A stretch of DNA of 64,000 nt from Eledone cirrhosa (GCA_964016885.1 OZ024743.1:76384001-76448000); one strand, 5' to 3'. Shown: positions 16,292 through 27,960, counted from the first letter of the stretch. Notes: a model not told the origin generated them from the sequence alone. A program made the numbers and translations.

Positions 16292-16296
<5 letters not shown>
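15845..16296. mobile_element. Fold-back mini-element with ~200-bp inverted arms
   Basis: ~15845-16040 is inverted at ~16102-16296; a ~41-bp tandem duplication lies at the junction; (TA)n flanks. Confidence 0.88.
16087..16151 (+). ncRNA. Type I hammerhead ribozyme motif
   Basis: attttat-CTGATGA(16094-100)-stem II gtactg...cagtac-GAAA(16133-36)-tatgta-TA-ataaaat. Confidence 0.82.
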
Positions 16297-16336
<40 letters not shown>

Positions 16337-16339
<3 letters not shown>

Positions 16340-16518
16340 AACGAGTAGGACCCCGACGGCTGAGCTGAAGCCGTTTCGTCGGCTAATTCTGGACTAAAAA
16401 AAAAAAAAGCTCAGCCGTGGGAGTCCTACTCGTTCCTATTACCCACTCTACTACCCTAAGTATTGAGTACTTTGGTGCGTTATGGTCCATCTGGTTCCTT
16501 ACCACTTTTCCTTCGTTA
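16337..16518 (+). mobile_element. Fold-back mini-element family A, copy 4
   Basis: Reverse complement of 15492-15678, including the same homopolymer junction. Confidence 0.8.
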
Positions 16519-16524
16519 TATATA

Positions 16525-16555
<31 letters not shown>

Positions 16556-16556
16556 A

Positions 16557-16761
16557 GAAGGCATGTGGCTTAGTAGTCAAAGCGCTGAGTTCATAATCGT
16601 AAGGTTGTGAGTTTGCAATATGTTATGTTCTTGAGACACTTCAGTTCACTCACAAATGAGTTCCGACGTCACTGGTGCCAGGCTGTATCAGCCATTGCAC
16701 ATCTTGTGCCTCAGAGGGGAACTTTCTAGGTTCAAAATCATAGTCACCGAAGGTGGCCTAT

Positions 16762-16763
<2 letters not shown>
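16557..16763 (+). mobile_element. tRNA-derived SINE family 2, internally deleted
   Basis: ggcatgtggcttagtagt A-box start, ttcttgagacactt, gacgtcactggtgccaggctgtatc; matches the minus copy at 33.1-33.3 kb. Confidence 0.7.
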
Positions 16764-16825
<62 letters not shown>

Positions 16826-16929
16826 GAATTTATATATAATTTGTTGGGATTCAACAAACTTAAAAGCGAACCTTCAACCGTCAAGGTTGTTTTTCTACGG
16901 GTATGTCAACATTTATAAAACAAATTTTG

Positions 16930-16994
16930 TATTTTATCTGATGAAAGCGCACCAAAACTGCCTTGGTTGCCCTTGAAATATATATAATAAAATA
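16930..16994 (+). ncRNA. Type I hammerhead motif in a ~215-bp TA-flanked island (16822-17036)
   Basis: tattttat-CTGATGA(16938-44)-aagcgcaccaa...ttggttgccctt-GAAA(16975-78)-tatata-TA-ataaaata; 8-bp stem I. Confidence 0.85.
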
Positions 16995-17109
16995 ATTATG
17001 GTTTTATAAATATAGTTTCCATTTATTAATATATTGTATATATATATATATATATATCCAGGCAGTGTAACTTGGAGTTACTGTAGGTTCACCGATTACC
17101 ATTACAAGG

Positions 17110-17194
17110 GGTCTGACGAGCCGCAGATTACAGAATCGAGTCAGATCGATACAGATCGAACCTTGAGCTGATCAGTGGCGAAACGCGCGTCACC
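17110..17194 (+). ncRNA. Type I hammerhead motif in a TA-flanked island (17058-17250)
   Basis: ggt-CTGACGA(17113-19)-gccgc...gtggc-GAAAC-gcgc-GTC-acc; AATAAA at 17199-17204. Confidence 0.88.
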
Positions 17195-17489
17195 AACCAA
17201 TAAACGTAATGAAGGAGTAACCTATAGTCCTTGTTATTTTATTTCACTATATGTATTTTTTTTTTCAATTTAACCGTCTGTATAGAGCTAGTAAGCCTAA
17301 CTAGGGAAAGTATCGAGTACACCTTACTGTCAGTAATCAAAAAGAGTTAGTGAGACAAGTAATAAAATATTTTAAAATAAGGGGGGAAAATAAAGTTAAA
17401 ATAAAAATGTCCAATATTGAAGGAAGCCAATGGGAGTCAGATTATGGATAAGAAGACGAAATAGAAAATATGAAAGAAAGGAAGATGTA

Positions 17490-17716
17490 AAACAGAAGTT
17501 TCTCTTGTTGAATCGTTTCGTAACTTCCATGTACTCAAAGATTTTGTTTATATTTAGTAGATTTGTAATTATATATTCAACTTCCTATGTTGGTAGTTTT
17601 TTAAAGATTGGTTTCAATATGGCCTCTCTCTGAGACTGATAGTTTCTACATTGGAACAAATAGTGCCAAAGAGTTTCTGGAGAGTCACCATAAGAACATA
17701 GAGGTGAATCTCTACG
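17490..17716 (-). mobile_element. LINE ORF2 C-terminal zinc-knuckle fragment (I/Nimb-like), decayed
   Basis: Manual translation DSPLCSYGDSPETLWHYLFQCRNYQSQR...*...IFEYMEVTKRF (degenerate CCHC, one internal stop). Confidence 0.65.
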
Positions 17717-17729
17717 ACTTTATATATAT

Positions 17730-17810
17730 ATTGAGTTTGTGAGTTCGATTCCTGGACCAGGCGATGCGTTATATCCTTGAGCAAGACACTTTATTTCACG
17801 TTGCTCCTTC
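17730..17810 (+). mobile_element. SINE family 2 fragment
   Basis: gagttcgattcc B-box + tccttgagcaagacactttatttcacgttgctcc. Confidence 0.75.
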
Positions 17811-17907
17811 TACCTGGAGTTGCGACCGATCGATAGTACTAGCAACTGGAAAGGTCGACGAAAATATTGTTTCCTCGGTCCGATTTGACGAAAGTCGATC
17901 GATCCTT

Positions 17908-17941
<34 letters not shown>

Positions 17942-18514
17942 CGTGTGTGTGTGTGTGTGTGTTTATATTTATTTAATCAGCGCAGATTCATTAAGATAAA
18001 CGTCAACAAAACACATAAGGAGTGAACATATTTATATATAGAACTCACGACCTTACGGCTGTAAGCCGAATACCCTAGCCACAAAGCTACATACTTACAT
18101 GGTGGCTGCCAACTCGTTTTCGAGTACGGCCACTACTTTATATCCATGTAGGAGAACCCCTACCGATGCGCTGAACGAGTGTGACTTTTTAGTCCAGCCA
18201 GCGACTTGAAAACTCTGGTACAAACACTACACTTGTGACAAATATTGACACATAGTGCTGGGCTCATGGTACCATGTGAGGACAAGTGCAGAGAGATCTC
18301 CAGATATAAAGCAATGCCTGTGCCGTGAAGCTTTTATAGTGAGCAAAGGCACTGCACAAAGCCAGTCCCACTCTCTTAACCAAGATGATATTTACCAAAA
18401 AGAAGAACAAGTCAACATCATTGGATACCATCAGAGTTGGTACATACGTACATACATACATACATACATACATACATACATACATACATACATACATACA
18501 TACATACATACATA

Positions 18515-19317
18515 GAGGGGATAAACCACTCAAAAAGCCTAGCATGGAGTTCCGACAAGTTTATGACATTACACCTTGAGGGATATCTCTATGCAATACA
18601 GGAACAAGAACTCCCTACCAGATATCTGCTGCACAAAAGAGGAGGGCCATCAGCTGACAATAAATGTAGGCTATGTAAAACAAAGATCGAGGATGTAAGC
18701 CACATTGTTGCCAGCTGCGAAAGAATGTCCTATCGCTACTACCTCCCCTGAGACACGATGGGATAGCTAGAATCATCTGGAACGCATTTCGGAAAACAAA
18801 ATTAACAAACGAGGAAGAATATATTGAGACAGATGGCACTAAGGAATACTGGTGGAACCTGAAAATAAAAACTGCCACCAAATTAAAGCACAACCGGCCT
18901 GATATTGTTGTTTGGAACCACACATTGAAAACGTGTTCTGTTGTGGAGATCAGCTGCCCACTTGATGTAAACGTGGTCAAAATAATACAGGAGAAGGAGG
19001 ACATCTACGGACCATTGATGAGGAGTTTACAAATCCAGTATCCAAGATACATCTTTAGCTTCATACCCATCATTATTGGAGCTACGGGTTATATACCAAC
19101 CCGCTTAGACCAATGTATAACTGAACTTGGATTTGCGGACAAAGAGCGCAGCTCCCTAATTCATAGTCTACAAATGGCTGCGATAGCTTGCACCTTCAAC
19201 ATTTGCAAAACATTCTTGCGACTCAAGGGATGACAATTTCTTTTCTTTTACAACCTTGCCACCAGGAAGGTGGCCAGTCAAAAATATACTCGAAATTAAG
19301 AGAAAGAGATAACATTA
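18515..19317 (+). mobile_element. 5'-truncated R4/Dong-type non-LTR retrotransposon (CCHC + restriction-like endonuclease) in (TACA)n
   Basis: AIQEQ...CRLCKTKIEDVSHIVASC, 1-nt frameshift near 18749, then RHD...WWN...HNRPDIVV...VEISCP...K..Y...PIIIGATG; stop at 19233; (TACA)n on both sides. Confidence 0.88.
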
Positions 19318-19789
19318 TACATACATACATACATTATACATACAGACATTATGATGATGGCTGCCCTCTCGTTATCGAGTATGGCCATTGCACGATATAA
19401 CATTATTAATAATTATTAATTAATTCTATCGTGCAATGCCTGTGCGTAAATATAATTTTTAAAGTGAGGAAAGACTGTGCACTGAGCCAATCCCACTCTC
19501 TGACCGACAGTACTTATAACCCGAAAAGAAGAAAAGATCAACATCATCGGTAACTACTGAGCCGCAGGTTTTATATCGGAGTTATCCTGAGTATTCCTGA
19601 GTTGCCTTCTCCTAGAAGAATGCCCTGACAAATGCTAGGGGTCCTTCACTCCCAGTGGTTTAACCGCGCGATCGGGTGTCCAGCCCGACTATTTCTATGT
19701 CCCCGCGCATATACATACACATGCACCCATGTATATACACATATACATATGTACATGTGTATATACATATTTACACACTTTTGGATGGC

Positions 19790-19970
19790 CGTTGACTCTT
19801 ATGAGTTCTTCCGCCCTTTGTCAGGTTTTGCTTTTTGTCCTGCAGGGTGTCCCAAATCACCTCCTCACCAAGTAAACTTGCTGGGTTGCCGGTTTAGTCG
19901 CCGACGACCCGACCATGCGACAGGTTGTACTGGGTTACATGTTACCAGTAGCACTCAAGAGTGACCCGAC
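19790..19970 (+). mobile_element. Short repeat with (CATA)n tail (second copy 23910-24087)
   Basis: gccctttg.caggttttg...gtcctgcagg...tttagtcgcc...cccgaccatg.gacaggttgtactggg.tacatgttaccagtagcac...gtgacc followed by (cata)n in both copies. Confidence 0.8.
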
Positions 19971-20204
19971 ATACATACATACATACATACATACATACAT
20001 ACATACATACATACATTATATATACATACATGCATGCATACTTTATACATACATACATACATACATACATACATACATACATACATACATACATACATAC
20101 ATACATACATACATACATACATACATACATACATACATAAATGAAATACAGGAAGCAAAATTACAAAGCTATATTAGGTTCACGTTTGGAGGAAGTGGGG
20201 GAGG

Positions 20205-20240
20205 TTTCAACGTTCCGGACAGAAGTCTTTCTTCAGAAAA
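20205..20240 (-). ncRNA. Degenerate minimal hammerhead motif (GAAA changed to GGAA)
   Basis: Minus strand: tttt-CTGAAGA-a-agac(ttct)gtcc-GGAA-cg-TT-gaaa. Confidence 0.5.
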
Positions 20241-21018
20241 GTTCGAAGAAGGGGAGAACAAATAGATGTAAGAGTAATTAGAGAAGATTAGGGAAGGAAA
20301 TTGAGAAATAGGGGGATTGGAGGAGAAATAATGGTAGGGTGAGGTGGGTGGAAAATCCGGCTTCAGGGTGGACAGTATGGGGTGGCATGGATGTAGTTGT
20401 GTGTGTTGAAGCACCACCAGCAGCACCATCACCACAACAACCACCACCACCATCACCACAACCACCACCACCACCACAACCACAACCACAACCACCACCA
20501 CAACCACAACCACAACCACCACCACAACCACAACCACAACCACCACCACCACCAGGCCAGTCAGGAACTATAAGAAAGACTATAGAGATGGCCGCTACTG
20601 CCGAACACTAGAATATAATTCTTCTCCTTTACCAAAGAGGATCAAACAGCGTCTCTCTATTAAGAATTTTTACAAATTACTCGAGTATAATTCAATCAGA
20701 GATTTCGCTGTGAAGTTTGACTTTCAAAGGAGGACAAATAAACACAAACATACATACACGTATATATATACATATATATACACTTCTATATATATATATA
20801 ATACACATACATATACATATATATATATATAAATACATACACATACATACATATATATACACTTCCATATATATAATGCACATACATATATACATACATA
20901 TACAAACACTTCTATATATATATATAATACACATACATACACATACATATATATAATACACATACATACACATACATATATATAGCCATATACATACACT
21001 TCTATATATATATATAAT

Positions 21019-21109
<91 letters not shown>

Positions 21110-21290
21110 CATATATACATACATTAAACACATATATATAATAAACACACACACGGGTACACATACATATACATACACTAAACACTTAGTAAACATATAG
21201 TAAACACACGGATACACGAAGACACACATACACACACATGGACACAACACCAACACACACTGATACCACACACACACGCACAATGACATA

Positions 21291-21329
<39 letters not shown>

Positions 21330-21443
21330 GATACCACACACACGCGCACACAAACACACAAACATACATTGACACACCACACACACATGAACACACACAC
21401 ACACGGACACACACGGACACACATACACACACACGCAAGGACC

Positions 21444-21474
<31 letters not shown>

Positions 21475-21569
21475 TTAAAAATTCCATAAACACACACAGA
21501 TACACACACGCACGCATGTATGCTTGTGTGTATATATGTATATACAAATGACAAATTATATATATATAT

Positions 21570-21645
21570 ACTAGCAGTGTATCCCGGCGTTGCACGGGTA
21601 AGAACATTGGTAATAGCACCTCCAATGAGAAACGTTTATTTGTGA
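21570..21645 (-). mobile_element. Helitron 3'-terminal fragment
   Basis: Minus strand ends cccgtgcaacgccggg hairpin + atacactg + CTAG-T. Confidence 0.7.
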
Positions 21646-21906
21646 GTGCCTGTTAAAAACTCACGAACTGGACCTGCTCACCGACATCCAGAGTTGACAC
21701 TGCACTCAGTGCTCCTGTTGGAGCCCCTGCATGGACACACGGGAAGAGGAAGACAAAAGTTAACGTATGTTGATGCCCTAAGGACAGACACTGGTCTGTT
21801 GGAGACGCAGGACATGGCAGCGATAATGAGGGACAGAGACCGCTGGAGAGAACTCGTCCATGGTTCTAGGGAATTTTACCCGCCGTAGATAGATAGATAG
21901 ATAGAT
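21646..21906 (+). mobile_element. RTE-clade LINE 3' fragment with (TAGA)n tail
   Basis: HRHPE...LLLEPLHGHTGRGRQKLTYVD...MRDRDRWR, typical RTE C-terminus, followed immediately by a short-repeat tail. Confidence 0.85.
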
Positions 21907-21973
21907 TTTTATGTGTATATTTATATATAAGTATATGTGTATATATATATATGTGTATATGTGTTTGTATATG

Positions 21974-22021
<48 letters not shown>

Positions 22022-22038
22022 TATATATATATATGTGT

Positions 22039-22080
<42 letters not shown>

Positions 22081-22173
22081 ATATATATGTGTATATATGT
22101 GTGTGTATATGTATATATGTGTATATATATATATATATGCCTGTATATATATATATATGTATATGTATATATA

Positions 22174-22205
<32 letters not shown>

Positions 22206-22643
22206 AATGTGGCGAAGATAATACGTCAGCACCACATGTTCACCGTCTCTCGGTGTGTCTTTTATGCATGTATAAATATATATGTTATCTATACGGTGAA
22301 ACCTTTGAAATAAATATATGTTAAAACCTAAAAGGAGAAAAAGAGATTAGTGACGGAAATATAAACGTTATGATACATAAACGTTATGATATAACGATGG
22401 AAATATATCTTCAAATGGTCCTTGGCATGGTGTCAAGTCAGAACCGCCTCGAACTGGTTACTTCTGGCTTGTGCAAGGTGTCTCTATAGCAACCAGCGAT
22501 TCCCTCGGCCTCGGTGACCAAAGTCAGTGGAGAGGGGAAGGTAATGTTTCTATAGCGACAGTGTTTCTCTTGGTAGTACCAAAGTGGAGAAAGGAAGGGG
22601 AAGGTAATATTTCTGTAGCACCTACATTTGAGCTTTAGGGAAG

Positions 22644-22677
<34 letters not shown>

Positions 22678-22689
22678 GAATGCCCATAT

Positions 22690-22694
22690 ATTTC

Positions 22695-22777
<83 letters not shown>

Positions 22778-22874
22778 CACACACAGAAATGTATATATAT
22801 TTCTGTGTGTATATATATATATATTACACACACAGAAATGTATATATATTCCTGTGTGTATGTATATATATTTC

Positions 22875-22915
<41 letters not shown>

Positions 22916-22995
22916 CACACACAGAAATGTATATATATTTCTGTGTGTGTATATATATATATATATTTCACACACAGAAATGTATATATATTTCT
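22690..22995. repeat. Tandem array of small hairpin units with (TA)n loops
   Basis: About 4 units of atttctgtgtgtg-(ta)n-ttacacacacagaaat. Confidence 0.8.
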
Positions 22996-23112
22996 TAGAA
23001 CAAAATTATTATTAATGTTTTGCTGTTCATAACAATTTGAATTGAAAAATTACTTTTGAAATTATTAGTTATTTTACTAATGCTTACATATGTAAAAATG
23101 AAGCAATGTTTC

Positions 23113-23305
23113 TAATAATTGTTTCCACTTTTGGCACAAGGCCAGCAAATACCCAGTACATTACTGGTACTTTATTTTATCGACCCCGTGAGGATGAAAG
23201 GCAAAGTTAACCTCGGCGGTATTTGAACTCAGACCGTAAAGGGACGTAACTCCATGCTATGAAGCATGGTGTCCGACTCTCTACAGATTCTGCCAATCCA
23301 CCGCC
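23113..23305 (-). mobile_element. tRNA-derived SINE family 1, near full length
   Basis: Reverse complement of the 29017-29198 consensus, including the tggattggcagaatc..tagag head and gagttcaaat B-box. Confidence 0.85.
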
Positions 23306-23593
23306 CTTATGTCTGTACGTAATGAGGGAGTGAGAGGGGAGAGAAAGAAAGGCAGAGGTGAAGTGACGAAGTGACTCTCTCCTCCTCCTCCTCCTCCATC
23401 TCCCCATTCGTCACAGCGATAGAGGGGAGGAATGTTAGTGTGTTACAAAGAGAAAGAGTGAGAGTGAGAGAAACAGACAGACTAAAAGAGAGGGATAGCT
23501 GGAGAGAGAGAGAGATAGCAACCACGCGCGCACGTGTTTACACTGTCGGACAGACAGACAGAGAAATTGCTGGTTATATATTATAAGGAGATA

Positions 23594-23820
23594 TAGAAGT
23601 AGTAACACAACAGTTAGTTCACCATACCGAGAACAATTGTTTCACCTTAGCGGATCCTCAGCTCGGACTAGTCATGGTTAGACCATTACGAGCTGAGGAT
23701 CCGCTAAGGTGAAACAATTGTTCTCGGTATGGTGAACTAACTGTTGTGTTACTACTTCTACCTAACTCGTCCCATGGACTGAGTGCTCTACCACTAAGGA
23801 TATTATCTTCCAGTGTTCTA

Positions 23821-23823
<3 letters not shown>
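23594..23823 (+). mobile_element. Fold-back mini-element with a hammerhead in both arms + ~60-bp tail
   Basis: 23594-23665 is inverted at 23689-23760; the tail runs to (TA)n at 23823; non-folded family member at 30217-30360 (minus). Confidence 0.85.
23689..23726 (+). ncRNA. Minimal type I hammerhead motif (mirror copy on minus strand at 23628-23665)
   Basis: cgag-CTGAGGA-tcc(gctaa)ggt-GAAA-caattg-TT-ctcg. Confidence 0.75.
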
Positions 23824-23860
<37 letters not shown>

Positions 23861-23909
23861 TACACACACATACACACACAAATGTTTGTGTGTGTGTAAA
23901 TTCATATTC

Positions 23910-24087
23910 TTAAGAGCTCCTTTGCCCTTTGACAGGTTTTGTTTTTAGTCCTGCAGGATGTCCAAAGTCACCCTCCTCACCTCACCAAGAAACCTTGGTG
24001 GGGTTGCCAGTTTAGTCGCCAACTACCCGACCATGAGACAGGTTGTACTGGGATACATGTTACCAGTAGCACCAACTGGTGACCTGA
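23910..24087 (+). mobile_element. Short repeat with (CATA)n tail, copy 2
   Basis: Homologous to 19790-19970. Confidence 0.8.
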
Positions 24088-24621
24088 CATACATACATAC
24101 ATACATACATAGACACAAACATACATACACACACACATACATACACATACATACACACACATACATACACATACATACACACACATACATACACACACAC
24201 ATACATACACACACACATACATACATACATACACACAAATACATACATACATTATACATATATACACAATTATCTACTCTGGTGTGTATATATGTCAACA
24301 GTCTTCCAGAAAATTTTATGGAAAATCTCAAAAGATTTAAAGGTTTTATCAAAAGAAAACCCGTCATTTTTTATGAACATAAACAGGAATTTTTATCGAA
24401 TTTTCAAATAAATTAATATAACTGTAGCCAATGACTACCTCTCTCTCACTCTCTCTCTGTCTCCCACTCTCTCTCTCTCTCTCTGTATCTCTCTCTCTCA
24501 CTCACTCACTCATTCTCTCTCTCTCTCTCCTTCTCTCTCTCCCCTTCTCGCTCTCTCACTCACTCAATCTCTCTCTCTCTCTCTGTTTCCCTCTCTCTCT
24601 CACTCACTCACACTCTCTCTC

Positions 24622-24667
<46 letters not shown>

Positions 24668-24699
24668 GTCGTATGATATATGCACAATAGTTAGTGAGA

Positions 24700-25065
24700 C
24701 ATGGGGCGATGGATTAGCCCTAATCGGTAGAGCGCCACACAAAATGCTATGTGGCCTAGGGTTACAGCACTTTATGGTCTGATTTCAAATCCCACCGAAT
24801 GTTAACTTTGCCTTTCATCCTTACGGGGTCGATAAAATAAAGTACCAGTAATACACTGGGATCGATTTAATTAACTTTCCCCTCCCCCTAAATTGTTGGT
24901 CTTGTGTCTAAATCAGTGGATTGGCAGTATCGGTAGAGGGTCGGACGCCATGCTTTGCAGCAAAGAGTTACGGCCCTTTATGGTCTGAGTTCAAATCCTG
25001 CCGAGGTTAATTTTGCCTTTCATCCTTACGGGGTCGATAAAATAAAGTACCAGTAATGCACTGGG
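24700..25065 (+). mobile_element. Two head-to-tail SINE family 1 copies
   Basis: Core gttaa.tttgcctttcatccttacggggtcgataaaataaagtaccag at ~24800 and ~25005. Confidence 0.85.
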
Positions 25066-25147
25066 AAAAGAAGCAGCAGTAGCAGCAGTAGTAGTAGTAG
25101 TAGATGTAGTAGTAGCAGCAGCAGTAATAGCAGCAGTAGTAGTAGTA

Positions 25148-25280
25148 GTCAGGGTCCCCACAGTAACATACAGTACTGTCTAGTCAGGGTCCCTAACAAC
25201 ATGCAGTACTGTCTAGTCAGGGTCCCTAACAACATACAGTACTGTCTAGTCAGGGTCCCACAGTAACATGCTGGGCTGTC
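25148..25280. repeat. ~33-bp minisatellite, 4 copies
   Basis: gtcagggtcc at 25148, 25183, 25216, 25249. Confidence 0.88.
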
Positions 25281-25766
25281 TTTCATTTCCCATCAATAGG
25301 AATGTTAGGGGCTGTCCTGACATATGTTGACCGGATCCGATTAAAGGACATTGTTTTCAGGAAGGTCAAAGCCCACCTGGTTTAGATGTGGGGGTCCTGG
25401 CCGAGCTCGCAACAATTTCTACTATTCTAAATTATTTTAACATTTTTTTTTCTTTGAAGTTTTTCAAAGACAGTGATATATCAATGGTTTCTAATTTAGG
25501 CACAAGGCCAGCAATTTGTGGTGAAATAGGCGATTATATCGACCCCAGTATTTTACTGGTAGTTAAGTATTTATCAGTTGCCCTTTCAGGTGGAGTAAAT
25601 CTACTTTTTATCTTCCAGTTTTTTATTGTTGAAATTTTCTCATTTAAAATAAACAAACTAAATATAACAGAGTTTGTCCTTAAGTGACGAAAATGGGTTT
25701 TCCGCAGTGTGATGTAATAATGTATGTATAACAATATATATATATATATATATATCATTTATATAT

Positions 25767-26172
25767 AGATTTTGAGTTTATGTTGGTTGTATACCAACAC
25801 CTCAGTATGCAGGCTGGAGCACTCGACGAAGTGCGCAGGTTGATTTAGTTACTCCGGAGCAGTGTAAAATAAAGTTAAATAAAAAGTCAAATGATTAAAA
25901 TTTAGCTTCGTTTATTACTGCTATATATATATTTCAGTGACAGCCATCTTTGGCTGTGACCTCTTCGGGCAGTTTGAATTAGTATGGTATAGACAAGTAC
26001 ATATGTTGTTGAGGTGTATAATATTGTCAATACTCTGATATGCCCAGTTCCTGGTTGGGATGTTATTTCACTGAGGAACTGGAATCATATGATGGCTGTC
26101 ACTGAAATATATATAGCAGTAATAAACGAAGCTAAATTTTAATCATTTGACTTTTTATTTAACTTTATTTTA
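25767..26172 (-). mobile_element. Fold-back mini-element (~83-bp arms, ~140-bp spacer, ~100-bp tail)
   Basis: 25865-25948 is inverted at 26091-26172; TA-rich flanks. Confidence 0.82.
25917..25973 (-). ncRNA. Type I hammerhead motif with U4C core variant
   Basis: Minus strand: actgc-CCGAAGA-ggtcacagcca(aaga)tggctgtcact-GAAA-tatatata-TA-gcagt-AATAAA. Confidence 0.7.
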
Positions 26173-26490
26173 TCATTTATATATATATATATATATCATT
26201 TATATATATATATATATCATTTATCATTTATATTGTCTGACCTGTTTAGCTTGATTTGTTTTTTGGCTTAGGTGGTTAATGCTTTCTTGACCACTTTTCA
26301 GTTTGTATGGCGTTTTAACATATTGTTTAGCTCTAGTTTTCTTAACTATTGGAGCGCTTGCCAGCATTTCTACGATTTTGCGTTTCGTTTCGCTTTTTCT
26401 ACCAGCCGAAATACGATTCTCGCTGAATTTATATTTATATATATATATTATATATATATATATATTGTTATACTCTGGGATATATATGTG

Positions 26491-26604
<114 letters not shown>

Positions 26605-26719
26605 AGTGTGTCAGTGTGTGTGTTATAGCTCACACCTATGCAGGTTTAGCTGGCCTCCTCCAAGGTATATCTCGTTGGAGGTGTCTTGGGTGATTTAATG
26701 ATAGGACCCCCAGTCCTAT

Positions 26720-26848
26720 CATCTCATTTCTATAGCTGAGTAAACTGGAGCAACGTGAAATAAAGTGTCTTGCTTAAGGAAACAACACATCACCCGGTCC
26801 GAGAATTGAACTCACAACCTTTCGATTGCAAGCCATGCGCCTTCACTA
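26720..26848 (-). mobile_element. SINE family 2 fragment
   Basis: ctcatttctatagctgagtaaactggagcaacgtgaaataaagtgtcttgc...gaactcacaacc, as at 33.2 kb. Confidence 0.78.
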
Positions 26849-26899
26849 TTTCATATGAAGTAATGTAAATGCGTGACGTCCGAACGAGTATCCTCCACC

Positions 26900-27180
26900 T
26901 CCAACTAACTTACACTCCGACAGGATGGAGAATATATTGCCCCATGGGACGGTGAGGAAGACGTGCTGGAACAGACACTCCACCTCGCGGGGCTCGCACC
27001 AGCGGGCAGCCAACTCCGCTCCGATATGAGTGAGTAGGGATGTGGTGCGGGGGCCAAGAATACCGGAGGTCTCCACTGCTACAGGCTCTACCACAAACCT
27101 ATCTGTGAGCGGTCGATACTTGGACAGTTTGCGCTCTCCGGCCTGGTGAGCTGCAGAACGTGGGCTGGTAGCTAAGCACC
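26900..27180 (-). mobile_element. CRE-clade-like non-LTR retrotransposon, RLE C-terminal fragment
   Basis: SAAHQAGERKLSKY...FVVEPVAVETSG...REVECLFQHVFLTVPWGNIFSIL fits the K..KY...P.A.ET.G...L.QR.S.A..RGNA pattern. Confidence 0.72.
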
Positions 27181-27221
27181 ATGTTGTCACTAGAGAAGGT
27201 GTCACAGCACGTAGCATCACA

Positions 27222-27960
27222 GTTATCTTATTTCTGGTATCGAGTTCTGTTTTTAATATTTATCTAACTTTTCTGTAATATTCTTCCTACTTTTCTCCTT
27301 CAATTTCTTGTGTTGAATGTTAGATCTTTCGTCTCTTCCTATATATTTGTATGGTTCATCTAATTTCTGTAATTCCTGTGGCTATGTCTGGTGCGGGGAA
27401 AGAGAAGGCGAGGCGAACAGATGAAGCTGTGAACAGACAACATAGCTGAGTGGACGGGACAGAACTTTGCCTCAACCCAAGCCCATGAGATGGAGGCAGT
27501 TGATGCAGCGTTCAACACTGCAGTGTCCCAATGACTCTGAAAAGGTTTAAGGGATCATGGTGATGATGATGATGTCTGGTGCAATATTCTCTTAGAATAG
27601 ATCCAGCACATTTGTCTAATCTTATACAAGATATGGAAAAGTGTCTGGTTCAGTGTTATAACTTGTAAAGATGTGTAAGTCATCTATATACAGAAGAAGA
27701 TGTATATCTGGTTTATGGGGCTTTCATTTATCAAGCTTTAGTGAAGTCGTGTGGCAAACATTTAGGGGAGATAATAATGAGTCCCCCGATATATTCCTCT
27801 TTTATGGGTATAGGGTTTTTATTGTCTTTTCCATATTTTTACCATTTTGTTATGACATCATTGATATATTAGACCAGAGAGTACTGCATGTACTGATTAG
27901 CCCCTCAGACGTTTTCCCGGGAGCCTAGATGCAATTTCTTCGCTAGAGATTCTGGGCTAT
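27222..27960 (-). mobile_element. Heavily decayed R4/Dong-type reverse transcriptase fragment, interrupted by an RTE insertion
   Basis: Minus-strand remnants across frameshifts: PIKRGIY..GDSLLSP, IHLLLYIDDL, LDKCA, YKYIG, KILKTELDTRNKI. Confidence 0.68.
27395..27571 (+). mobile_element. RTE 3' fragment with (GAT)n tail and 11-bp target-site duplication
   Basis: GKRRRG...TDNIAEWTG...WRQL remnants; atgtctggtgc at 27384-27394 and 27572-27582. Confidence 0.82.

Noticed and set aside
20339-20611. Pro/Gln-rich 90-aa ORF
   Set aside because: Produced by an (ACC/ACA)n trinucleotide repeat; no splice or homology support.
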